A DNA stretch of 15,670 nt from an uncultured bacterium (GTDB lineage Bacteria > SAR324 > NAC60-12). Below are positions 1-7,490 of the stretch, piece by piece. The stretch is from NCBI GenBank assembly GCA_964010765.1, contig CAXGMD010000077.1:1-15670 (forward strand), given 5' to 3'. The notes beneath the pieces were generated by a model. That model saw only the letters and a program-made list of their open reading frames with translations, was not told where the DNA came from and did no database searches. Numbering within the stretch: position 1 is the stretch's first letter; each line of letters opens with the position of its first letter. The position numbers and the translations under genes are program-made.

Positions 1-683
1 GCAGCATCAATTTCATCTAGTTTAGAGAGTTCCTCCCGATCAAAGTGCTGATCATCCAAGCGCTCTAGATGAGTTTGGGGTCCACAGCGATGACAGGCGA
101 TTGGCTGGGCATGGAAGCGACGATCATTTGGATTGGTGAACTCTGCTAAGCAGACTTCGCAGAGTGGAAAGCTACGCATGCTGGTGTTGGCACGGTCATA
201 GGGCAAAGCCTCAATGATCGAGTAGCGCGGTCCGCAGTGTGTGCAGTTGGTTAGTGGGTAGCGATAGCGGTCAAAAGTTGGCTGGGTAACTTCTTCTAAG
301 CAAGCAGTACAGTTGGCGAGGTCGGGTAAGACTTGAAAAGCTGAACCATGCAGTGAACTCTCCACGATCTGAAACTCAGCAGGAGGAGAGCTAGTCAAGG
401 CCTCAGAATTTAGAGAGATGATTTGGGCGATGGTTGGCAGGGCACTGGGCAGGAGTGACTGAAATTCCTGTAGTTGCGAGGGAATTCCCCAAATTTCGAC
501 GACAGCCCCAGAACGATCGTTAAAGACGCTGCCCGTCAGTTTCAGTTCTTTTGCTAGTCGCCAAACGGTTGGTCGAAAACCAACTCCTTGCACACGCCCC
601 TGATAACGCAGACGTATACCGACTTTCTCTGGCGAACCGTTAGACTTCGAAAGACTGGAGGAGTCTTGATCAGTCAGGCCCAT
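1..683 (-). CDS. hypF: Carbamoyltransferase HypF, [NiFe]-hydrogenase maturation factor (5' part only; continues beyond left edge)
   Basis: Not in the ORF track; translated by hand from ATG at 683-681: MGLTDQ...IRLRYQGRVQGVGFRPTVWRLAKELKLTGSVFND (acylphosphatase-like domain), then zinc fingers CTAC...NCTHCGPRYSIIEALPYDRANTSM...LCEVC...DRRFHAQPIACHRCGP, all hallmark HypF motifs. Open to the window edge. Confidence 0.97.
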   Translation of the reverse strand, partial: MGLTDQDSSSLSKSNGSPEKVGIRLRYQGRVQGVGFRPTVWRLAKELKLTGSVFNDRSGAVVEIWGIPSQLQEFQSLLPSALPTIAQIISLNSEALTSSPPAEFQIVESSLHGSAFQVLPDLANCTACLEEVTQPTFDRYRYPLTNCTHCGPRYSIIEALPYDRANTSMRSFPLCEVCLAEFTNPNDRRFHAQPIACHRCGPQTHLERLDDQHFDREELSKLDEIDA

Positions 684-1011
684 TCACTCTCACTTTGTTC
701 AATTGAACTTCTATGTATTGATCTCGTTCACGGACTGGAAAGTAGCGCAGGGACAGCTCGGAAGCAAGTGGACAGGCCCCTGACAGTAGGTCAAATTCAA
801 ATCCATGATGAGGACAGATCAGCAATCCTTCTTCGACAGCACTCATGTCCAGTGGCCAGCCAAGATGGGGGCAAACATTTTCAAAGCAGATTATCTGATC
901 TGCGATCTGGGTCAGTAGTAGCGAGTAGCCATCTTCTTCCCAGAGCAACAGTTTGCCTTTTGTGATCTCATCCAGTTTAGCGATGGGGGTCCAAAAATTG
1001 TAGTATTTCAC
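670..1011 (-). CDS. Small Rieske [2Fe-2S] ferredoxin
   Basis: Rieske ligand boxes CPHLG (CxH) and CPHHG (CxxH) followed by FDLLSGAC. GTG start; in-frame TAA at 1029-1027 prevents an upstream extension. Overlaps the hypF start by 14 nt. Confidence 0.9.
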   Translation of the reverse strand: MKYYNFWTPIAKLDEITKGKLLLWEEDGYSLLLTQIADQIICFENVCPHLGWPLDMSAVEEGLLICPHHGFEFDLLSGACPLASELSLRYFPVRERDQYIEVQLNKVRVNGPD

Positions 1012-1090
1012 ATTGTGGATGAATGCTTAGTTGGTACTCTACAGCAGTAAAAATATTCTGAGCTTTTAGCACATCAAAAATTAACAAGAG

Positions 1091-1657
1091 ATGTCTGAAA
1101 TTTCTACGATTGACCGCTCAATGCAAGATCGACTGTCCCAAATCCTAACGTTTCTGCAGACAGCTGAATCACTCAAAAGTACATTGAGGAGCGCTCACAC
1201 TTCCTCTGGTAGACCGGAGAGTGTAGCAGAGCATACTTGGCGACTCTGTCTGCTTGTGATGGTGCTGGCACCAGAGTTTCCCGAAGTGGATGCCCATCGC
1301 TTGATGAAGATCTGTTTGATCCATGATTTGGGGGAAGCGTTACAGGGAGATATCCCAGCTCCGTTGCAGGATCCCAATTTCGATAAATCTCAAAGCGAGC
1401 GGGAAGATCTATTGGAATTGTTGTCACCGTTGCCGGAATTGCAGAGAGGTGAAATTCTGGAACTCTGGGAGGAATATGAGCAGGCAGCGACCCCGGAAGC
1501 AAAATTGGCCAAGGCCTTTGATAAGTTGGAGACATTGCTCCAGCACACCCAGGGACAGAATCCTCCTGATTTCGACTATGCGTTCAATCTAGACTATGGA
1601 CGAAGATATACGGAATTGAACGTCCAGACTCGTCAACTGCGAGCCTGGATTGATTAG
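1091..1657 (+). CDS. HD-domain phosphohydrolase (YfbR/HDDC2-like, putative 5'-deoxynucleotidase)
   Basis: Motifs LKSTLR, ESVAEHTWR, IHDLGEA, LWEEYE, AFDKLE. The C-terminus may be shortened by the TAG at 1655-1657 (see findings). Confidence 0.9.
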   Translation: MSEISTIDRSMQDRLSQILTFLQTAESLKSTLRSAHTSSGRPESVAEHTWRLCLLVMVLAPEFPEVDAHRLMKICLIHDLGEALQGDIPAPLQDPNFDKSQSEREDLLELLSPLPELQRGEILELWEEYEQAATPEAKLAKAFDKLETLLQHTQGQNPPDFDYAFNLDYGRRYTELNVQTRQLRAWID

Positions 1658-1700
1658 GAAACTCGCAAGCGGGATGCAGAATCGAGATGAATTGCAGGGG

Positions 1701-1719
1701 TGAGAATAATCTATTCTCA
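1701..1719. terminator. Hairpin between convergent HD-hydrolase and amidase genes (possible terminator)
   Basis: TGAGAATA-ATC-TATTCTCA, a perfect 8-bp inverted repeat in the short convergent gap. AT-rich stem and no clear U-tract. Confidence 0.35.
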
Positions 1720-1740
1720 AATCCCACCCGTCCGTGATGT

Positions 1741-3183
1741 CTATGGAGTAGACCCAGGCAGGCGTCGTTGTGGATGAATTGATTCGACAGTATAAGCCAA
1801 GTCCAGCAATTTCTGATCTGCCCAAGGTTCAGCAAGTAGTTCCAAGCCAACCGGTAATTCTCCATAAAATCCAGCTGGAACAGAGATGGCAGGCATTCCG
1901 GAACAGGCCGCCAAGCGACAGTTGGTCCCCATCTGATCCTCCCCAATTGGGGAAGCCACATGGCGAATCGAGGGACAGGCCAGTGCATCCAAGTTGTTTT
2001 CGGCAAGCAGACGAAGCAAGGCTCGGCGTACAACCTTGCGCTGTGCCATTTCCCGGTAATAGGTGGGTTCATCTTCACTTCGCATGGCCATCGATTTCTG
2101 CGTTCGGAGATCCACTTTGGGATGATGTTTTCCAGGGGCGAGTAGTTCCTCTAGATCACGGAAGCCCATCTCAGGATTGGCCTGAAGATAGGCGTTCACA
2201 TCCTGCTTGAAGTCATACGCAGAGACAAAATAGCCTTCAAGTGGTCGATCCAGAGAAGCCTCCAATTCGGCTGACTCCAGTTCCACAATTTCCCATCCAG
2301 CTTTTGCAGACATGGCAGTCAAGGTGTCACGGATCACCCCAGCAACGGCTTCATCGCCTTCTTCTCTCTCCATCCACTCACGTAGTAACCCAATGCGAAC
2401 TTTCTCGCGTGTTTGAAGGTTCGCCAGAAACTGAAAGTTATGCCCAAAGCTCTCAGCGGTCTGGATATCTTCTGCGTCATAACCAATCATTTGATCGAGC
2501 ATGACCGCCAAGTCTCGAACTGATTTGGTGAGTGGTCCTCCAATATCTTGCGTTGAAGATAGCGGAAAAATTCCTCGTCGGCTCATCAGGCCTTGTGTGC
2601 CACGTAGTCCGACCAGATTGTTCTGTGCAGCAGGGATGCGGATCGAACCACAGGTGTCACTCCCCAATCCAGTGACCGCAAAATTGGCAGCCACTGCGGC
2701 ACCGGTACCACCGCTGGAACCACCTGGATTTCTAGTCGTATCGTAGGGATTTCTGGTAAAGCCGTGGCCCGATCCAACATTGGTGATGCCATAGGCAAAC
2801 TCCTGCATGGTGGTTTTACCGAGCAGGACCACCCCAGCGTCCTTCAGCTTGGCAACAAGATGGGCATCCCGACCCGGAGAATATCCTTGGAAGAGGACAG
2901 ATCCCACGGTCGTCGGCATTCCTTTGGTCTCGTAGTTGTCTTTCACTAGAATCGGAATGCCGTGTAGCAATGAGCGAGCACCCTGCCGACTCCGTTCTTC
3001 ATCCAGAGCGGTTGCGTGTTCCAAGGCAGCAGAGTTGATGGTTTGGATGCTGTTGAGGGCTGGGCCTTGTTGATCGTAGGTAGCAATGCGATCCAGGTAG
3101 TACTGGGTCAGTTCAACTGCGGTCAAACTCCCGGAGTTCATTGCCTCTTGCAGCGTTTCAATAGATGCTTCTAGCAAATTCAT
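1741..3183 (-). CDS. Amidase-signature family amidase
   Basis: LHGIPILVKDN (catalytic Lys), PGGSSGGTG (signature, cis-Ser), GSDTCGSIRIPA (nucleophile Ser), C-terminal PAISVPAG...LPVGLEL. No gatB/gatC neighbours, so not called gatA. Confidence 0.93.
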   Translation of the reverse strand: MNLLEASIETLQEAMNSGSLTAVELTQYYLDRIATYDQQGPALNSIQTINSAALEHATALDEERSRQGARSLLHGIPILVKDNYETKGMPTTVGSVLFQGYSPGRDAHLVAKLKDAGVVLLGKTTMQEFAYGITNVGSGHGFTRNPYDTTRNPGGSSGGTGAAVAANFAVTGLGSDTCGSIRIPAAQNNLVGLRGTQGLMSRRGIFPLSSTQDIGGPLTKSVRDLAVMLDQMIGYDAEDIQTAESFGHNFQFLANLQTREKVRIGLLREWMEREEGDEAVAGVIRDTLTAMSAKAGWEIVELESAELEASLDRPLEGYFVSAYDFKQDVNAYLQANPEMGFRDLEELLAPGKHHPKVDLRTQKSMAMRSEDEPTYYREMAQRKVVRRALLRLLAENNLDALACPSIRHVASPIGEDQMGTNCRLAACSGMPAISVPAGFYGELPVGLELLAEPWADQKLLDLAYTVESIHPQRRLPGSTP

Positions 3184-3294
3184 TGGGTTTATCTCACACT
3201 TTGCTATTGAAATGCTTAAAAAAATTCATGCCTAAGTGAACTGACACAAGAAATTAGTTTTCGGTGCTGTTTCATACATAGAGCGCAGTCAAAA

Positions 3295-4023
3295 TTACAC
3301 TTCAGCAGTCAGTCGCACTTTTGCGTCAGATAATAAGTAAAACATCCTTTGCTCTGCTTCTTCTGGTTTCTTGGTGAAAATAGAGTTTGCTACATCCTGA
3401 TGCAGAGCAAGAGAGGCTTCATTTTGCTCAGCATCTCGATTGGTAAGACGAATCGAACTAAGCAGTGATGTGAAAATGATACCATCCATTGCGCTAAGAA
3501 ACTCGTTATCCGTGGCCAGCAAAATAAGTCGATGAAAATTAGCGTCCGCTTCTACAAAAGCCTCGGCTGAATCGACAGTCTCTCTCATCTTATAAATTGC
3601 CTCCTCAATGCTTTTGTAATCTTCTGCCGTTCCATTTCTTGCAGCTAGTAGGGCTGCTTTGGGTTCAATTACCAATCTGAATTCATGTAGCTGCATCAAG
3701 AATTTTCGATTTGGAGGTGCTGATTGATGCCAGGCTAAAACGTCATTGTCCAAAATTCCCCACTCCAGCCGATTTTTGACTTTGGTTCCTATCCCGCGCC
3801 GTACTTCTAGTAACCCCTTTCCGACAAGAATTTTCACTGCGTCCCGTATCACGGAGCGACTGACCCGGTATTTCTCTGCAAGCGTCATTTCATCTTCAAG
3901 ACAGGTACCCTGCGGATAGAGTCCGGCAACGATTCTGCGCCCCAGTTCACGGGCAATTTGGGTTGCTAGACTGTGTGTCAGGCCATTCGTCTGAGTCAGG
4001 TTGTAGAAAAGTATTTCGTTCAT
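3295..4023 (-). CDS. FadR/GntR-family transcriptional regulator (DgoR-like, FCD C-terminal domain)
   Basis: N-terminal wHTH LEDEMTLAEKYRVSRSVIRDAVKILVGKGLLEVRRGIGTKV; linker WGILDNDVLAW; FCD motifs FRLVIEP and ADANFHRLIL. Divergent from the sugar-acid operon. Confidence 0.95.
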   Translation of the reverse strand: MNEILFYNLTQTNGLTHSLATQIARELGRRIVAGLYPQGTCLEDEMTLAEKYRVSRSVIRDAVKILVGKGLLEVRRGIGTKVKNRLEWGILDNDVLAWHQSAPPNRKFLMQLHEFRLVIEPKAALLAARNGTAEDYKSIEEAIYKMRETVDSAEAFVEADANFHRLILLATDNEFLSAMDGIIFTSLLSSIRLTNRDAEQNEASLALHQDVANSIFTKKPEEAEQRMFYLLSDAKVRLTAEV

Positions 4024-4279
4024 TCATTCTCGATTTAAAGGAGTCCACTACTCAAAAAATCTCAGTTTACAGGAATCATAGCGTGGTTTGAAGTCGCTTA
4101 GAAGACTTTGATTGTTTGTTCCACCGATAAGAGTTTCCCAATTTGCTGTGAAAATATTTTTTTGTGTTTGGTTGTTCATTTTGGAATCAATCAAACTGAT
4201 GCGTGAAACTAATTTAACTCTTTCGGACAGGAGGACCGGCTACCAATAAGCTGTTGTAAGTGAATTTTAATCACTTTTT

Positions 4280-4319
4280 ATTATAAGTATTGTTTTATTA
4301 AACATCATATGTTTAATAT
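4280..4319. promoter_or_regulatory. Divergent sigma70-like promoters overlapping a palindromic operator (candidate GntR/FadR site)
   Basis: Perfect inverted repeat TATTAAACAT-CAT-ATGTTTAATA (4296-4318). Minus-strand TATAAT at 4285-4280 points to the regulator. Plus-strand TTGTTT (4290-4295)-18 nt-TAATAT (4314-4319) points to the enolase operon. Confidence 0.65.
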
Positions 4320-4397
4320 GGCGAACAAAACAAGGTGATTGGCGATGTGAACGACGGTTTGAAGCCAAAAACCTGAGCAGAGTAAGAGAGCTACTTC

Positions 4398-5567
4398 ATG
4401 AAAATTAAAGAAGTCAAGAGTCACATTCTCCAATATGACCTTAAGGAAGAGTTAGGTTATTCCCAGCAGTATTATCAGAAAAGGACTGGGCATCTAGTAG
4501 AGGTGGTCACTGACGAAGGGATAACGGGGTGGGGTGAGTGCTTTGGCCCGGGGAATGTGGCTATTGCCAATAAGGTGATTGTCGAGCGGGTGATTCAGCC
4601 AATGATCTTAGAGGAAAATCCGCTGAACCGGGATGTACTCTGGCACAAGGTCTATAATCTACTTCGGGATCATGGACAGAAAGGAATGCCAATTCAGGCT
4701 CTTTCTGGGGTGGATATTGCGCTATGGGACATCCTAGGCAAGGTCACGGGGCTGTCAATTTCTAGGTTAATTGGGGGAAGATTTCGAGAACAGGTGCCAG
4801 TTTATGGCTACGGGATGATGCTTCGGCGTGAGAACTTACCAGCACTCATGGATCGCTTTGAAGATGAGGCTGCGGCAATCAAATCCGCGGGCTTTGTCGC
4901 GACCAAGATGAAGGTAGGATTGGGGTCCAAGCAGGATGTGCAGCTCGCAGAGTCGGTTCGACGAGGTGTTGGTGATGATTTTCCGTTCATGGTCGATGCA
5001 AATCATTGCTACACAGTAGATCAAGCGCTCTATGTAGGTCGGGCACTAGAGGAATTAGATGCTTATTGGTTCGAGGAACCCGTTGCCCCAGAGGATTTGG
5101 ACGGTTACCGAGAACTACGTTCCCAGTTGAAAATCAACATTGCTGGAGGTGAAGCAGAATTCACACGTTGGGGTTGGCGAAATCTGCTGGAGAAGCATTG
5201 TCTAGATATCGCTCAACCGGAAGTGTGTGCACTTGGAGGAATCTCAGAGTATTTGCGAGTTCTGGCTCTAGCCCAGGCACACTTCACACAGGTGATTAAT
5301 CATGTGTGGGGCTCAGCCGTCGCGATTGCAACAAATCTGCAGTTGTTGGCGGTCATTCCACCTCTTCCAGGTGGAATTCATCCGCAGGAACCGATGCTGG
5401 AGTTTGATACGACAGACAACAAGTTCCGCGATGACTTGCTGACCGAACCGCTGAATATTCAGCGCCAGGTCGCAAAGAATGGTGGTTATGTTCCGATTCC
5501 AGATGTTCCAGGGCATGGAGCAGAACCGAATCGTGAATTCTTGGAGCACTTCGCACTGGAAGTTTAG
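4398..5567 (+). CDS. gci: Mandelate racemase/muconate lactonizing (enolase superfamily) enzyme, D-galactarolactone cycloisomerase-like
   Basis: GWGECFGP, YNLLRDHGQKG, ALSGVDIALWD, KxK (TKMKVG), metal ligands DANH / WFEEP / GGEAE, catalytic His in NHVWG, and EPMLEFDTT. These match my recollection of Agrobacterium Gci throughout. The exact substrate is not certain. Confidence 0.85.
   Translation: MKIKEVKSHILQYDLKEELGYSQQYYQKRTGHLVEVVTDEGITGWGECFGPGNVAIANKVIVERVIQPMILEENPLNRDVLWHKVYNLLRDHGQKGMPIQALSGVDIALWDILGKVTGLSISRLIGGRFREQVPVYGYGMMLRRENLPALMDRFEDEAAAIKSAGFVATKMKVGLGSKQDVQLAESVRRGVGDDFPFMVDANHCYTVDQALYVGRALEELDAYWFEEPVAPEDLDGYRELRSQLKINIAGGEAEFTRWGWRNLLEKHCLDIAQPEVCALGGISEYLRVLALAQAHFTQVINHVWGSAVAIATNLQLLAVIPPLPGGIHPQEPMLEFDTTDNKFRDDLLTEPLNIQRQVAKNGGYVPIPDVPGHGAEPNREFLEHFALEV
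5451..5461 (+). repeat. Direct repeat copy 1, CTGAATATTCA
   Basis: Identical to 10854-10864. Contains the palindrome TGAATATTCA. Confidence 0.7.
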
Positions 5568-5606
5568 TCTGCCGGTGTGGTCAACAAACTAATCTCTGGA
5601 GGATCA

Positions 5607-6665
5607 ATGTTTGGAATCAAGAAAGTAATTACTTGTGTTGCCCTTGCAATGATGTCCATGGCTCCCATAGCAGCAGCAGAAGATATGGTAGCGATGCTAC
5701 TGCCTGAAAATGTGAACCCACGTTGGGAGAGCCAGGACGCCGCTTTTTTTGTAAAGCACATGAAAGATATGGCCCCGAATATCCAGGTAGAGGTGTTTAA
5801 TGCGAACAACGATACTGCTGCACAACAAAGACAAGCCGAGCAAGCTCTTTCTCGAGGTGCAAAGGTACTGGTTGTCATTCCTATTGATGGGGAAGCAGCT
5901 GCGATCATAGCAGATATGGCTGCGGATGAAGGTGTGCCTACAATTGCTTATGACCGAATGGTGCAATCGACAAATACCAGCTTTTGGGTGCAGGCGGACC
6001 TGAGAGCTTCGGGTCGAGCCCAAGCCGCCCACATTGTAGCAAATACTGAGTTTGGGGACACTCTGGTAATGCTGAAAGGCTCCCCAACTGATCCTAACGC
6101 CCCAACTATTTACCATGGACAAATGGATGTCTTGGAATCCCTATTTGCCTCTGGTGAACGAGTTTTAGGATATGAAAATTGGACTCAGGGTTGGGATCCA
6201 GCAGTTGCCAGACGTTCCATGGATCAGGCTTTGACCAAGCTTAACAATAATGTGCAGGGAGTAGTTTCATCGAATGATGGAAATGCTGGAGCTGCTGTTG
6301 CTGCTCTAGCAGAGCAAGGAATGGCTGGCAAAGTCCCAGTTAGTGGGCTGGATTGTACGGTGCAAGCTCTTCAATTGATCCTGTTAGGTCAAATGACTCA
6401 GAGTGTTTGGAGAGATTTTGATATGATGGCAGAGGCCACAGCGAAGGCAACAGTTGCTCTCATTAACGAAGATTCTCTAGATGGTATTGTGATGGGGACA
6501 TCGCCAGCAAATTCAGCTGGCAAGGAAGTACCTATGGTCCCTGTCGGTTTCTATAATGCTGTCGGCGAAGCCGGTGTTCAATATGTGATTGATAATGACC
6601 CTTCGATCACCAAGGCTGACGTGTGCAAAGGTGAAGCTGCCGCAACTTCGTTTTGTAAGGGCTGA
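5607..6665 (+). CDS. Sugar ABC transporter periplasmic binding protein (XylF/ChvE-like)
   Basis: ATG at 5607 with GGAGG RBS at 5598-5602, preferred over the GTG at 5577. Sec signal peptide ending in AAA. Motifs LLPENVNPRWESQD, IAYDRM, LKGSPTDPNA, SSNDGNAG, PVSGLD. Confidence 0.92.
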   Translation: MFGIKKVITCVALAMMSMAPIAAAEDMVAMLLPENVNPRWESQDAAFFVKHMKDMAPNIQVEVFNANNDTAAQQRQAEQALSRGAKVLVVIPIDGEAAAIIADMAADEGVPTIAYDRMVQSTNTSFWVQADLRASGRAQAAHIVANTEFGDTLVMLKGSPTDPNAPTIYHGQMDVLESLFASGERVLGYENWTQGWDPAVARRSMDQALTKLNNNVQGVVSSNDGNAGAAVAALAEQGMAGKVPVSGLDCTVQALQLILLGQMTQSVWRDFDMMAEATAKATVALINEDSLDGIVMGTSPANSAGKEVPMVPVGFYNAVGEAGVQYVIDNDPSITKADVCKGEAAATSFCKG

Positions 6666-6707
6666 ATCACACTTCTTGTAAATTGCGATTTTCCTGTTCC
6701 TGTTCAG

Positions 6708-7490
6708 ATGCAAGCAGAATTGCCCCATTTGGTAGTTAGAGAAGCTAGAAAACGCTTTGGTGGCCTGGAAGCTCTTCAGGGAGTCTCCTTCGAAGTGAAG
6801 CGTGGTGAAGTGATGGGATTGGTTGGTGATAACGGGGCAGGAAAATCCACTTTGATGAAGATTATTGCAGGTGCTGAGAGTTGTGACACTGGTCAGTTTT
6901 TTCTTGATGGCAATGAAATTTTCATTTCAAGCCCACAAGACGCGGTAGCTCAAGGCATTAGGATTGTCTACCAGGATCTGGCGCTATGCGAAAATCTGGA
7001 CGTGGCTGCCAACCTTTTTTTAGGTCAAGAACCCGTGCTCGGGGGTTGGGCTAAGTTCCTGCCAAGATTCATGAAACCATTGGACACTCTCTCCATGGAG
7101 TATCAAGCGCAGCAGGCCATTCAACGCTTGAAAGTCAGGACACTACAATCAGTTCGTAGCCAAGTAGGTGGATTGTCCGGTGGTCAACGGCAGGCAATTG
7201 CGATCGCCAGGGCGATAGGTGCGGATTCCACAGTTGTCTTGCTAGATGAACCGACTGCAGCTTTGGGAGTAGCCCAGACGAGAGAGGTACTGGAGACCAT
7301 TCGGCAGCTACGCGATACTGGGCACGCAGTTGTCTACATTTCCCACAATTTGAGGGATGTCTTTGAAGTTTGTGACCGAATTACAGTACTGAGACAAGGA
7401 ACAAATGTAGCAATTTACAAAGTATCCAAAGTTTCTCCTGAAGAAATTGTGTCTGCTATGACACGAGGAATGGATGTTGACGATGCCTGA
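6708..7490 (+). CDS. Sugar ABC transporter ATP-binding protein (single nucleotide-binding domain)
   Basis: Walker A GDNGAGKST, Q-loop VYQDLAL, signature LSGGQRQ, Walker B LLDEPTAALG, H-loop ISHNL. Confidence 0.96.
   Translation: MQAELPHLVVREARKRFGGLEALQGVSFEVKRGEVMGLVGDNGAGKSTLMKIIAGAESCDTGQFFLDGNEIFISSPQDAVAQGIRIVYQDLALCENLDVAANLFLGQEPVLGGWAKFLPRFMKPLDTLSMEYQAQQAIQRLKVRTLQSVRSQVGGLSGGQRQAIAIARAIGADSTVVLLDEPTAALGVAQTREVLETIRQLRDTGHAVVYISHNLRDVFEVCDRITVLRQGTNVAIYKVSKVSPEEIVSAMTRGMDVDDA

Noticed and set aside
588..965. 125-aa plus-strand ORF
   Set aside because: Antisense shadow of the Rieske and hypF genes, with no recognisable motifs.
1173..2949. Numerous 60-164 aa alternative-frame ORFs over the HD hydrolase and amidase
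   Set aside because: They overlap well-supported genes and have no family motifs.
1741..3183. Calling the amidase gatA, or linking it to HypF carbamoyl supply
   Set aside because: No gatB/gatC nearby; it is separated from hypF by a differently oriented gene, and nothing in the sequence supports a functional link.
4258..4276. CRP/FNR-like site AAGTGA-N7-TCACTT
   Set aside because: The spacer is 7 nt rather than the 6 nt of TGTGA-N6-TCACA. Noted only as an unassigned weak repeat.
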